Assembly: GCA_050246755.1 (NCBI GenBank)
Contig: JBFWVL010000002.1
Coordinates: forward strand, 96,001-160,000
Direction: 5' to 3'
DNA: 64,000 nucleotides
Source: Bacteriovoracia bacterium
Lineage (GTDB): Bacteria; Bdellovibrionota; UBA1018; CAIPTA01
The notes under the pieces were generated by a model. That model saw only the letters and a program-made list of their open reading frames with translations. It had not been told where the DNA came from and searched no databases. The first letter of the stretch is position 1; each line of letters starts with the position of its first letter. Below, piece by piece: positions 37,603 to 47,341 of the stretch. The position numbers and the translations under genes are program-made.

Positions 37603-38592
37603 ATGCCGAATACACCGAGCATTAATCCAACCCAGGTAAGCGCCAGAAATACGGAAGGAGGGGCTCGTTTTAACCTCGCGCTTTTCTCCACTTTAGATGC
37701 CCTCGAGGAGGCACAAATCCCCTTTGCCCTCATCGGGGGGGTGGCCGCGAGTGGTTTGGGACGTCCCCGTTCTACCCACGACATCGATATTTTCGTTCGC
37801 CCTGAAGACGCCGAATCCGCCGTGCAGGCCCTAGCGGCCAAAGGTTTTCGCACCGAGAGAACCGATATCGAATGGCTTTTCAAAGCGTTCAAGGAAGATA
37901 TTTTGGTAGATATCGTGTTTCGTTCCAAAGGCGATATTTATTTCGACGATGAGATGCACCGGAACCGCAAGCTCGTGGAATTCCATGGCCGAAAAGTTCC
38001 GCTCGTGAGTCCGGAAGACCTGGTCATCATCAAGTGTGCTGTGCACTATGAAGGCGGGCCCCACCATTGGCATGATGCGCTCGCGATCTTGTCTCACGCC
38101 ACGATCGACTGGAACTATTTGCTGAAGCGCGCCCGCCGGGCCCCGCGCAGATTGCTCGCCCTCCTACTTTACGCGCAATCGAGCGATATCTTGATTCCCA
38201 ATTCCATGATCGTGAATCTCTTTCACCATATTTTCGTGGACGACGGAAAAATCGGAAACCAAAACCTGCCTCCGCTCGAGAAGCCGCGGACTATTTCGGC
38301 CGAAAAAAGCAAGCTGCATCCTGCGGCCAGCCCGGTTCCGGAAAATAATTCTCCCGACTATTTGCTCGCGCATATCCGCCAAGCCCTGGCCGAAGACGGC
38401 CGCACCGCCCAGCAGGACCTGAAGATTCTCCTCGATGGGAATCGCCTCGTGGTGAAAGGAGAATGCCCTTCCGAGGCCCGCTGCAAAGCGGTGGTGGACG
38501 TGATCCGCTCCGTTGCGCCCGGGCTTGAGATCTCCAACCAGATCCAGCTCACGCACAATGAGGCACCCGAACGCGCCGAGGTGATATCGTGA
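37603..38592 (+). CDS. Pol-beta-superfamily nucleotidyltransferase fused to a C-terminal BON-like domain
   Basis: IGGVA..GRPRSTHDIDIFV, VDIVF, SPEDLVIIK; C-terminal IRQALAED.R....L.I...G.RLVVKG.C.SE..C.AV.DVI...APG..I.NQI; GGAGG RBS. Confidence 0.8.
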   Translation: MPNTPSINPTQVSARNTEGGARFNLALFSTLDALEEAQIPFALIGGVAASGLGRPRSTHDIDIFVRPEDAESAVQALAAKGFRTERTDIEWLFKAFKEDILVDIVFRSKGDIYFDDEMHRNRKLVEFHGRKVPLVSPEDLVIIKCAVHYEGGPHHWHDALAILSHATIDWNYLLKRARRAPRRLLALLLYAQSSDILIPNSMIVNLFHHIFVDDGKIGNQNLPPLEKPRTISAEKSKLHPAASPVPENNSPDYLLAHIRQALAEDGRTAQQDLKILLDGNRLVVKGECPSEARCKAVVDVIRSVAPGLEISNQIQLTHNEAPERAEVIS

Positions 38593-39368
38593 TCCGGCTA
38601 GCGGCGGTGGGGGACGTACATTTCGACCGAGATTCCAAGGGCCGCATCGCCGATTACCACGACGATATTTCGCTGGGCTCCGATATTTTTCTTTTGGCCG
38701 GAGACCTAACCCAGACCGGCCATCCCGAAGAAGCGCAAGTACTGGTAGACGATCTCGCGCAAATTCGCGTGCCCGTGGTGGCTGTGCTCGGCAATCACGA
38801 TTACCACCTAGGGAAGGAGCGTGAGATTAAGGCCATGCTGGAAGGAGTGGGCGTGAGCGTGCTCGAAGGAAGTTCCGTGGTGCTCAGTGTGCGAGGGGCG
38901 GCCGTGGGAATCGCGGGCATCAAGGGCTTCGGCGGAGGATTTTCCGGCGCCTGCGCCAGCGAGTTCGGCGAGCTTGAGATGAAGGAATTTATCCGCTACA
39001 CCAAACAGGGGGCGAACTTATTGCGGGAATCTTTGGTCTCGCTGGATACTCCCTACAAAGTGGCGCTCCTGCACTATTCACCGGTGGGCGAAACGTTACT
39101 TGGCGAGAAGCGGGAGATCTATCCTTTTCTCGGCAGTTATCTGCTCGCCGAAGCGGTGGATGAGGGAAAGGCCGACATCGCTTTCCACGGCCACGCGCAT
39201 AAGGGAGTGGAGCGGGGGCTCACGGCCGGCGGAGTGCCAGTGCGAAACGTGGCGCAGCCGGTGATTCGCCACGTTTGCAATATCTATACGATCGATAAAG
39301 AGGGCATCAAGTGCGCCCAGAATATGGCGCGGCGGGAAACTCCGAGCCCTCCGCAGGATCGGCTATAG
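38589..39368 (+). CDS. Calcineurin-like metallophosphoesterase
   Basis: GDVH, AGDL, GNHD, LLHY, HGHAH; GTGA overlap with the upstream gene. Confidence 0.9.
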   Translation: MIRLAAVGDVHFDRDSKGRIADYHDDISLGSDIFLLAGDLTQTGHPEEAQVLVDDLAQIRVPVVAVLGNHDYHLGKEREIKAMLEGVGVSVLEGSSVVLSVRGAAVGIAGIKGFGGGFSGACASEFGELEMKEFIRYTKQGANLLRESLVSLDTPYKVALLHYSPVGETLLGEKREIYPFLGSYLLAEAVDEGKADIAFHGHAHKGVERGLTAGGVPVRNVAQPVIRHVCNIYTIDKEGIKCAQNMARRETPSPPQDRL

Positions 39369-39370
39369 GA

Positions 39371-40108
39371 TCAGTTTTTCTTCGAAAGCAGCGTGGTTGC
39401 GAATTCTTCCTTGAAGCCGAGCTTCTCAAAGAAACCTCGTAAGTAATCGCCCTTCGTTACTTGTAGGGTGGCTTCTGTGCAGCCTTTGGCAAAAGCATCG
39501 GTAATCGCTTTCTTGAGGATCGTGGCGCCCACGCCTTTTTTCCGCGCGCCGGGCAGAGTGGCGAGAGAATATAGGCCCACGGTGCTTGCAGTTCTCAGCG
39601 CGAGCACGACTCCCACCGGCGTATCTTTTTCGTAGCCCACGTAGAAGGTCTGGTTCTCGCTCTTGAGATTTTTCTCGTTGGCGTGGTGGAGGAAGGGGGC
39701 CCACTCCTGGTAGCCTTCGGGGGTGCCGAGAAATCCGCGTGCCTGCACGTCGGTGAAGGCGTAGATGTCTCCCTTGTTCTGGGCGATCCGCACATCTATT
39801 CCGGTATTTGCGGCGGGCCAGGAGTCCGGAATTTTTTCCAGCTGCATATAGCTGATGGCTCCGTTGGGACGGAAATTTTCGAAGCTGGAATCAAAAAGGT
39901 TTGCCCACGGCACGATCTGGAGCGTGTGGTATTCGGCCAGCACCTCGGGGGTTACGCCGGTGGTATTCGGGACGAGATAAGTAAATTCTTTTCGCTCGCT
40001 CTTCACGTGAATGCCATCGGCCGGGCGGCGCACTTCGGCCCGGTGGGTTTCAAGAAAAGCCATATGATTATCGAAAAGCGCGCGCCAGCGCTGCTCATGA
40101 ACTCCCAT
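39371..40108 (-). CDS. GNAT family N-acetyltransferase
   Basis: LYSLATLPGARKKGVG (acetyl-CoA motif A), FFEKLGF. Confidence 0.82.
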   Translation of the reverse strand: MGVHEQRWRALFDNHMAFLETHRAEVRRPADGIHVKSERKEFTYLVPNTTGVTPEVLAEYHTLQIVPWANLFDSSFENFRPNGAISYMQLEKIPDSWPAANTGIDVRIAQNKGDIYAFTDVQARGFLGTPEGYQEWAPFLHHANEKNLKSENQTFYVGYEKDTPVGVVLALRTASTVGLYSLATLPGARKKGVGATILKKAITDAFAKGCTEATLQVTKGDYLRGFFEKLGFKEEFATTLLSKKN

Positions 40109-40443
40109 GGCGTACTCCGGCCTGCTGCGACATAACCGGTGTTCCAAAAAAAACTCCTGTGCCAATAAAGGTTCCGATCACATGCTCAATTGCCTCTCGG
40201 AGTCCCAAATCGCGTAGTAGAGCCTCTTTTTTCATAAAATTATTGTGTCAGTTGGCTAAGAATTCCGCCATTTTTCCGCGTAACCGAAAATGGATGTTGC
40301 ATGGGCATGGATCAATCGTGCTATGAAAAATTCTACGGAAAATCCTGAATTCTTGGGTGGGCAAGGGCTCGAATTGGTTTTTGCTGCGCTGGGTTAGCGT
40401 TATTTCGTAATTATTAGGTATAGTTATCTCAAGGTAGGGAACT

Positions 40444-42204
40444 GTGAGCAAAATCACCAAGAGCAGTACAGCAGAATATTTTGCCAAAAATTTGCAGCAA
40501 GTGGGTTTTTCTTCACCCTTAAAAGCAGTTTTAACCACGCTAAAAGAGGCGTTGGATAACTCGCTGGATGCCTGCGAACAGGCGGGCATTTTGCCCGAGC
40601 TCGAGGTGCAAATTAAACGCGTGGGCACGGGGTCCAGCAAAAATACCGACCTAATTAAAATTACGATCGAGGATAACGGCCCCGGGATCGATCCCGACGA
40701 TATCGCCAAGGTTTTCGGGGAGTATTTGGCTTCTTCGAAATTCGGCAAAGGCCAGTGCTCCCGTGGGCAGCAAGGGATCGGTATTTCTGCCGCCACCACT
40801 TGGGCGCAGCTCACGAATGCCAAGGGCGCGTTCGTTACTTCCAAAACGGCGAGCATGCGCAAAGCCATGCAAGCTCAGGTAGACGTGGATATTAAGTCGA
40901 ATACCGGCGTGCTGCGCCACAAAGAAATGATCGAGTGGGATAAGAAGAGCGGCGTGAAGGTGGAATTCACCATCGACGGGCGCATCCAACTCAATGGGGA
41001 TGGAGGTTTGATCACCTACCTTGAAGGTACCGTGCTCGTGAATCCTCACCTCACGATCCGTTATAAGCTTTTGGACAACGACTGGGTGAAAGTGGACCGC
41101 GTGACCACCGAGGTTCCGGAAATCCCGGAATCGGCGCTTCCTCACCCCCATACCTTTAAGCTCGGGGAATTTATCACCCATAGCCACCTCTACGGGAAGA
41201 TCAACCTCGATAAGTTTCTTAAAACTGGTTTTTCCCGCGTAAGCGATCAGTCTCTCAAGGATTTCGTCGCTAAAGGCCTGCCGAAAAAACTGCTCGGCAC
41301 TCCGCTTACTTCTCTGAAGGACGAAGATTTTAAAAAAATCTTCCAGGTAGTTCAGGATACTGAATTGATGGCCCCGAGCACCAAATCCGTGCTCACGGTA
41401 GGGGAGCCCGCACTCTCCAAATCCATTCAGCGTCTCGGTGAAGTGGATTTCTTTTCGGTAGTGGCGCGTAAACCCACGATTTGCGATTTCAAACCCGTGG
41501 TGATCGAGATCGCCCTGGCGCGTTTCATCAACCGCAACCTCGAGGCCGACGAGCCCGTGCAATTGCTGCGTTTCGCGAACCGGGTTCCTCTCCAGTTCGA
41601 TAAGTCGGGCTGCGCCATTACGTGGGCGATTGAATCCGTGAATTGGAAAACCTACGGGTTGCAACAGCCCAAGAATTCTCTCCCGATAGGCCCTTACGTA
41701 TTCGCCGTGTCGGTAGTTTCGCCCTTCATTAAATTTAAAAATGCTTCCAAGGAGACGATCGACGCCTCGGAAGAGCTAGTGGAAGAGATTCGCCGCGCCC
41801 TCATCCAGGCCGGACAAAAACTTTCCCGCCACATCAAGAAAGAATTCAAGGAAGCCGACCTCGAGAGAAAATTGCAGCATATCGAGCAATTCGGCCCAAT
41901 CTTGGTGGAAGGCCTGGTGCGCCTCACAAAGAGCAACGACGCGCGGAAAAAGCGCGCCGAAGAAGGCCTGCGTAAGCTGCTCGGGCGGGATTCGAAAGAC
42001 GCCCACGAAGAGCTGGCCGAAGCCTCCAATAAACTTGCCGAGCAGCACGCCCGTGAGAAGAAGAAACGTGGTGAAAGCGACGACGAAGCCGTGAACCCGC
42101 ACGCAGAAAAAGCCGACGATGGCGAGCCGGGCGAACAAATGGAGCTCGCGATCGCGGGTGCCGGCGGTGGGAAAAAAGCTAAGGGAAAGAAAAAGGGTAA
42201 ATAG
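40444..42204 (+). CDS. top6B: DNA topoisomerase VI subunit B
   Basis: GHKL motifs KEALDNSLDA, EDNGPGI, SRGQQGIGIS; PHPH, LRFANRVPL, SKETI. Confidence 0.93.
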   Translation: MSKITKSSTAEYFAKNLQQVGFSSPLKAVLTTLKEALDNSLDACEQAGILPELEVQIKRVGTGSSKNTDLIKITIEDNGPGIDPDDIAKVFGEYLASSKFGKGQCSRGQQGIGISAATTWAQLTNAKGAFVTSKTASMRKAMQAQVDVDIKSNTGVLRHKEMIEWDKKSGVKVEFTIDGRIQLNGDGGLITYLEGTVLVNPHLTIRYKLLDNDWVKVDRVTTEVPEIPESALPHPHTFKLGEFITHSHLYGKINLDKFLKTGFSRVSDQSLKDFVAKGLPKKLLGTPLTSLKDEDFKKIFQVVQDTELMAPSTKSVLTVGEPALSKSIQRLGEVDFFSVVARKPTICDFKPVVIEIALARFINRNLEADEPVQLLRFANRVPLQFDKSGCAITWAIESVNWKTYGLQQPKNSLPIGPYVFAVSVVSPFIKFKNASKETIDASEELVEEIRRALIQAGQKLSRHIKKEFKEADLERKLQHIEQFGPILVEGLVRLTKSNDARKKRAEEGLRKLLGRDSKDAHEELAEASNKLAEQHAREKKKRGESDDEAVNPHAEKADDGEPGEQMELAIAGAGGGKKAKGKKKGK

Positions 42205-42206
42205 CG

Positions 42207-43370
42207 ATGGCCAAGTTACTGCACGTACGCGAATTAAATATCGATATCCCCAAAGAGGCCCGCGAGCTCGCGGAGCAAATGCTTTCCGACTTAGAAAAAA
42301 GCAAGCGTCCCGTGCTCGAAGCCGTAAAAACCTCGCTCGATAACTCGATCTATAATCCCCGCGAAGGCTTTCTCACTCCGGGCGACAAAATGGTACGCAC
42401 GGAGCTGAACGTGAGCTCGGTGCAAAAGCTGGCCCGCGTAGTATTCATTCTCGAGATCCTCCTCGGCAATCTCGAGATCGCCGCGGTGAACACGAAAAGG
42501 GAATTGTACTATATGTGCAAGGGCTTGATTAAAAACAGCTCGCGCCTCAAGCCCCTCGATTTTGAAAGCCAGGACGAGAGCGATTCCATCATCGATTTTA
42601 TCGGGGATATGCTTCAGGTATACCGCGAGGAATTGAACTGTTTCGCCAACGACCGCGGCGGGCAAACCTATTCGCAGCAGCTCGTGGTAACCGAAACCCT
42701 GAACGACGGCACCAAGGCTACGATCGATCTTTCCACTCTGGGAACCGCGCCGTTTCAGCCAAAAAACAAGCCGCAGGCGCTGAAGCTGAAGGCGAAAAAG
42801 AAAATTGATTTCTGCCTTGTGATCGAGTCGGAAGGTACCGCAAATACCCTCCAGAGCATGGGATTCACCAAACGAAATAACTGTATTCTCATGGGCGCCG
42901 CCGGGGTTCCCTCGAACGGCGTGCGCGGATGGTGCAAGCTCATCCAGGATAACCTCGATGTGCCGATGTATTTCTTCGGCGACTTGGACGCGTATACCTT
43001 GCAGAATATTTACCGGACCCTGAAGGCCGGTTCGGCGGCATCCCTTATCCGGAATGCCCACTTCTCGGCACCAAACGTACGCTTCCTCGGGGTACTGCCC
43101 GAAGATGTGAGGAAATACGACCTTCCTTACTATCGCGTGAAAGAATCGGATCCCGCCGAAGCGCGCCAGCTGAAAAAAGCCAAGGATGCGCTCGAGGGCG
43201 ATCCCTTCTTTCTGGATAAGAAGAATAAAGGCCTGGCCGATATCCTGCGCTGGTTGATGAAAGAAAAGATTCGTTGCGAGCAGCAGTCGCTCTTCTCCGT
43301 TGACCCGAAAGATCCGATCAAGATGGAGAAGATCATCCTGGAGAAGATCAAAAAGGGCTCCTACGTTTAG
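42207..43370 (+). CDS. top6A: DNA topoisomerase VI subunit A (Spo11-like)
   Basis: TKRELYY (catalytic Tyr), Q.ESD.II, TOPRIM VIE and FGDLDAY. Confidence 0.92.
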   Translation: MAKLLHVRELNIDIPKEARELAEQMLSDLEKSKRPVLEAVKTSLDNSIYNPREGFLTPGDKMVRTELNVSSVQKLARVVFILEILLGNLEIAAVNTKRELYYMCKGLIKNSSRLKPLDFESQDESDSIIDFIGDMLQVYREELNCFANDRGGQTYSQQLVVTETLNDGTKATIDLSTLGTAPFQPKNKPQALKLKAKKKIDFCLVIESEGTANTLQSMGFTKRNNCILMGAAGVPSNGVRGWCKLIQDNLDVPMYFFGDLDAYTLQNIYRTLKAGSAASLIRNAHFSAPNVRFLGVLPEDVRKYDLPYYRVKESDPAEARQLKKAKDALEGDPFFLDKKNKGLADILRWLMKEKIRCEQQSLFSVDPKDPIKMEKIILEKIKKGSYV

Positions 43371-43377
43371 ATTTCTT

Positions 43378-43422
43378 TGACGCAGCATTTAGCCGGAACG
43401 ACTAAATGCTGCGTCATTTTTT
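43378..43422 (+). terminator. Rho-independent terminator of top6BA
   Basis: Perfect 15-bp stem TGACGCAGCATTTAG/CTAAATGCTGCGTCA followed by TTTTTT. Confidence 0.85.
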
Positions 43423-43460
43423 CTGAGTGACGCCAGCCTTCGCTATGCTAGCGTTTACCC

Positions 43461-43964
43461 ATGAATACCTTATTTCTCCTTATGCCACTTCTCGCCTTCG
43501 CCTGGCAGCCCGCCGATTTTAAAAAGCCCTCGCAGGCGGAACTCAAGAAAAAACTCACGAGCGAGCAATTCGAGGTAACCCAAAAGGCCGGCACCGAACC
43601 TCCGTTCCGGAACGCCTTTCACAATAATCACGCCGAGGGAATTTACGTGGATGTGGTCTCCGGAGAGCCGCTCTTCAGCTCTAAGGATAAATACGACTCG
43701 GGCACTGGCTGGCCGAGTTTTTCCAAGCCTCTCGTAAAAGAAAATTTGGTGGAAAAAGCCGATCACGAGTTATTCGAGACCAGAACCGAAGTGCGCAGCA
43801 AGCACGCGGATTCTCACCTCGGGCACGTATTCAACGACGGGCCTAAGCCTACGGGCCTGCGTTACTGTATGAACTCGGCTTCGCTGAAATTTATTCCTAA
43901 AGAGAAACTGAAAGAGAGCGGTTACGGTGAATACGTATCGCTCTTTAAAGAGGGGGCAAAATGA
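43461..43964 (+). CDS. msrB: Peptide-methionine (R)-S-oxide reductase MsrB, with signal peptide
   Basis: [36 protein letters not shown]. Confidence 0.95.
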   Translation: MNTLFLLMPLLAFAWQPADFKKPSQAELKKKLTSEQFEVTQKAGTEPPFRNAFHNNHAEGIYVDVVSGEPLFSSKDKYDSGTGWPSFSKPLVKENLVEKADHELFETRTEVRSKHADSHLGHVFNDGPKPTGLRYCMNSASLKFIPKEKLKESGYGEYVSLFKEGAK

Positions 43965-44329
43965 AAGTAGCGATCCTCGGTGCTTCCGACAATCCCAGCC
44001 GCTACGCCCATATGGCGTTCCGTATGCTGAAGGACTACGGCCATGAGCCTATCCCCGTGAGCCCTAAATTAAAAAATCTTGAAGGCGTGCCCGTGTTCGC
44101 GACGCTCAAAGACGTTCCCCGCCCGGTGGATACTCTTACGATGTACGTGGGACCGGCCATTTCGGCCAAGCTTCAACCCGAAATTCTCGCGCTGAAGCCA
44201 CGGCGGGTGATTTTTAATCCGGGCAGCGAGAATCCGGAGCTGATGGCGGCGCTCGAGAAAGCCGGAATTCACGTGGTGGAAGGCTGCACCTTAGTTCTTC
44301 TTCGCACGAATCAGTTTCTGGCCGCCTGA
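43961..44329 (+). CDS. CoA-binding domain protein
   Basis: AILGAS.NPSR, VDT.TMY, RVIFNPG.EN, EGCTLV. Confidence 0.85.
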   Translation: MKVAILGASDNPSRYAHMAFRMLKDYGHEPIPVSPKLKNLEGVPVFATLKDVPRPVDTLTMYVGPAISAKLQPEILALKPRRVIFNPGSENPELMAALEKAGIHVVEGCTLVLLRTNQFLAA

Positions 44330-44416
44330 AGTCAGGTTTCCCTTTTTTCCCCATCTTAAGCGGTGCTTTAATTCGTAGCCCTGACATTCTAAAAACAGAG
44401 CTCTTAGGTTGGATAG

Positions 44417-44451
44417 GAAAAATCCCGGTCGGCCTTTCTGGTCGACCGGGA
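44417..44451 (-). terminator. Terminator hairpin between convergent genes
   Basis: TCCCGGTCGGCC/GGTCGACCGGGA stem; T-run follows on the minus strand. Confidence 0.65.
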
Positions 44452-44460
44452 ATACGAAGA

Positions 44461-45000
44461 CTAGTTCTTCGCTACGGCAGTTTTTAGGCGAATCATGAAC
44501 ACTTGCGTGAAGTCACGCAGGTCACTTCTCTTCACGCGCAGAGCGTGAGCGGCGTTCGCGAGGGACTGTTCCGATGGCATACGGAAGTTTTGCAGTCCGT
44601 TAATATCGTGGCTCGACATTCCGATCGCCTCGAGTTTGCGGGTGTCGCCATCTAGGGCCTTGTTAAACGCACTCTTGAGGTAAGAAACTGAGCGATTGCT
44701 TAAGTTGAATTCTTTTTCCCAAGTAGTAGGGCGGCTGGCTTCTGACGCTATTAGGCCGTGTCCCCAACGCCATCCCGGATGGCGGCGGCCGAATACGATG
44801 CCGATGGTGCCCCCATCGTTATAGCCATAGTCGCAACCGTAGTCCCAGCTATTGCGGCAATAGGGGTCTCCGTACCAAACACGGTCGTAAGCGCGGCCGT
44901 AGGATACGCGTACGCTGCTATCGCAAGCAACGAGGGTGGTGAGCGCAACGGCGGCGGCTACCAGGGGTAGAGCGGCGCGGCTGATTCGATTAAAGTTCAT
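44461..45000 (-). CDS. Hypothetical lipoprotein
   Basis: GGAGG RBS, lipobox LVAC, Tyr/Gly/Asp-rich N-terminal region. Confidence 0.7.
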   Translation of the reverse strand: MNFNRISRAALPLVAAAVALTTLVACDSSVRVSYGRAYDRVWYGDPYCRNSWDYGCDYGYNDGGTIGIVFGRRHPGWRWGHGLIASEASRPTTWEKEFNLSNRSVSYLKSAFNKALDGDTRKLEAIGMSSHDINGLQNFRMPSEQSLANAAHALRVKRSDLRDFTQVFMIRLKTAVAKN

Positions 45001-45177
45001 AGTACCTCCAATAATTTTGTCTCGGATTGAGAACGTTTAAACAGCAGTACGCCCCGTTGCGGAGCGCAGACAACGGACGAAATTCCGCACTTCGATGGGT
45101 GGCAGATTGCCGGGCTCTTTCTTCAGCGGCGAGGAGTATAATTAGTTAAGGCAAAGGTATCCTTCGAAAGGAGAATT

Positions 45178-46107
45178 ATGCCGAAAGAAAATATCATCTG
45201 GGCGGTGGATCCTTTCACGGCGCAGAAAATTCCCCTCGCTAAATCACGCCATATGCTGGCCACTTTGCAAAAATGCGGCTCCCTCGCGGTGGAGCCGGTA
45301 GCGATCGTGAGCCCCAAAGACGCTCGCTGGCCATTAGAATTCGACGGGCGCTGGAGCGAGCGATTCCTGGAGGTAGCGGAATTTTCCCTCAAAGACGTGA
45401 AGCGGAAGATGCGGCTGCCGGAAGTGGCGGACCCAAAGCTGTTGGTGGAAGCTTCGGTGCGCCGTGAAGACGCCATCCGGGCATTGCTGAATTTCTCCAG
45501 CGGGGAAGCCGCTAAAATAATCTTGGTCAACCTTCACGCCCATGCGGGCCTGAAGCGATTTCGTCTGGGGGGATTCACCGAGTCTCTCTTTGCCGCCTCC
45601 TCGATTCCCGTACTCACCCTGCGCGGGAATACCAGGGTACCTAATCAAATCAAGGTTATCGCTTTTCCCACGGATCTCACGAGACTGGCGAAGAAGTACT
45701 TACCGAAAATAATTTCCATAGCCCGTGATTTCGGGGCGCGCTTGGCGATTCTCCACCGGCTAGAAGTGCCGGCTATTTTTTCGGTGGACTGGGTAGGCTT
45801 TGCGGCTGCGGCGGAAATGGAACCGATGCAAGAAGTAATGGCGGAAAATGAAAGTATCAAGAAAAAACTTGGGGAGGAGTTCGTGGCCGAGGCTCATTCC
45901 GCCGGGGTGGGCGCGGAGTTTCATTTGATCCGCGGAATGACTTCGCTCGGCGAGGCGATCGTCCGGGCCTCCTGCGAAGCAAAAGCGGATATTGTGGCGG
46001 TGGCGGCGCAGGACCATAGTTTGACGCAAAAAATTCTGGGATCCACGTCCCGGGAGGTATTGCGGCTTTCGCCACGTCCCGTGCTGGTATTGCCGGGACG
46101 TATATAA
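45178..46107 (+). CDS. Tandem universal stress protein (USP) domain protein
   Basis: IIWAVD, LGGFTE.L...S.IPVL, IAFPTD, LGST.REVL..SP.PVLV. Confidence 0.85.
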   Translation: MPKENIIWAVDPFTAQKIPLAKSRHMLATLQKCGSLAVEPVAIVSPKDARWPLEFDGRWSERFLEVAEFSLKDVKRKMRLPEVADPKLLVEASVRREDAIRALLNFSSGEAAKIILVNLHAHAGLKRFRLGGFTESLFAASSIPVLTLRGNTRVPNQIKVIAFPTDLTRLAKKYLPKIISIARDFGARLAILHRLEVPAIFSVDWVGFAAAAEMEPMQEVMAENESIKKKLGEEFVAEAHSAGVGAEFHLIRGMTSLGEAIVRASCEAKADIVAVAAQDHSLTQKILGSTSREVLRLSPRPVLVLPGRI

Positions 46108-46162
46108 GGCGGCTCGAGCGGTGCGGCGTGGCCTAACCACTTCCCTGGGGTAGGATTTCCGC

Positions 46163-47341
46163 GTGCGCTTGCTCCTTTTCGTATTTTTATTAGTACCTAA
46201 TTTCGCTTTCGCCCTCGAATGGGACGGGAAAGGCGATTTTTCGCTAGCTAACGAGTACCGCGAGTTTCCTCAGTCCGGCTTCGGGCCTCACTCTCATGCC
46301 TACGAAAGCATCGTGCTCGCAAAATACCAGCTGCGCTTTTTTCCGTCCACGGCGGTTCGTCTGGAGGCCACTCCCGAGGTGAGGGGATTCGTGAGCCGGA
46401 TGGTGGGGCGAGGCCCGGGGGAGCCGGGATACGCTACGGTAGAGGGCCCGGAGCGCTTATTCGATTTTAAAACGAATCTCGTATCCGGAAATACCGCGCA
46501 GTGGCTGCTGGATACGGAACGCCTGAATTTTATTTTTTCGCTCGGCGATTTCGAAATGCAGCTGGGGCGTAAACCCATCGGCGTGGGCACGCTCAAGGTA
46601 TTGCCGATTTGGAATAAATTCAGCCGGCCTTTGCCGAATACGGCCGGACCAAATTTAATTTTTGGGCAGGATTCGGCCACGCTGCGTTGGCAGTCGGGGC
46701 AGTGGTCGCTGCAGGCGCTCGACATCGAGGGGAAAAGCGCGAGACCAGAAGAAGCCGTGCGCTGGATGGAGGCCATTCTTTATAACCCCGCGCTCGAGCT
46801 GCACCTCATGGCCTCTCGCTGGTGGGAAAAGAACGTGGTGGGCCTGGCCTTCGCGAAAGACCTTGGCGGCGCTACACTGCGCGGAGAAGCGCTCGGCATC
46901 GGCCTCGACCGCTCCGGCAAAGAAAACGAATTTCAGGGCGGGCTTGGGCTCGAGTACGCGTTGAACGAGACGTGGACTTTTCTCGGCGAATCCTTATTTC
47001 AGAGCGACGGCGCCGATCGTACTTCGGAATATACGGTATTGATTCCTTCTCCCTATCGTCCATTGCGCGCGAAAGCTTATGCTTTTCTACAGGCCACGGC
47101 CCAGATCGACGCCTATTGGATCGCAAATTTTGGCACGCTCGTGAACGGGATCGACGGGAGTTTCTATCCACTCCTCAAGCTCACTCGCTCTCTCAGCGAT
47201 CACCTTGATGCCGCGCTTGATCTACGCGGCCCGGTGGGGCGGAACGGAAAAGAGTTTTCCCGCGAAGCCTTTCGTTTCCCGCGTGGGCGCACGATCGGGG
47301 CTCCCTCCCAAATCCAATTTCTGCTCACGGCTTCATTCTAA
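46163..47341 (+). CDS. Probable outer-membrane beta-barrel protein
   Basis: Signal peptide, alternating amphipathic strands, LGRKPIG.G, GLGLEY, terminal Phe. Confidence 0.65.
   Translation: MRLLLFVFLLVPNFAFALEWDGKGDFSLANEYREFPQSGFGPHSHAYESIVLAKYQLRFFPSTAVRLEATPEVRGFVSRMVGRGPGEPGYATVEGPERLFDFKTNLVSGNTAQWLLDTERLNFIFSLGDFEMQLGRKPIGVGTLKVLPIWNKFSRPLPNTAGPNLIFGQDSATLRWQSGQWSLQALDIEGKSARPEEAVRWMEAILYNPALELHLMASRWWEKNVVGLAFAKDLGGATLRGEALGIGLDRSGKENEFQGGLGLEYALNETWTFLGESLFQSDGADRTSEYTVLIPSPYRPLRAKAYAFLQATAQIDAYWIANFGTLVNGIDGSFYPLLKLTRSLSDHLDAALDLRGPVGRNGKEFSREAFRFPRGRTIGAPSQIQFLLTASF

Noticed and set aside
37603-39368. CBASS or Pycsar defence operon
   Set aside because: The NTase motif layout (GGxA..DxD, short core) is not CD-NTase-like, and no Cap effector or Cap2/3 genes are adjacent
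40444-43370. Archaeal contamination or chimeric assembly suggested by Topo VI
   Set aside because: Composition looks like the flanks, it has a bacterial-style terminator, and bacterial Topo VI is already known
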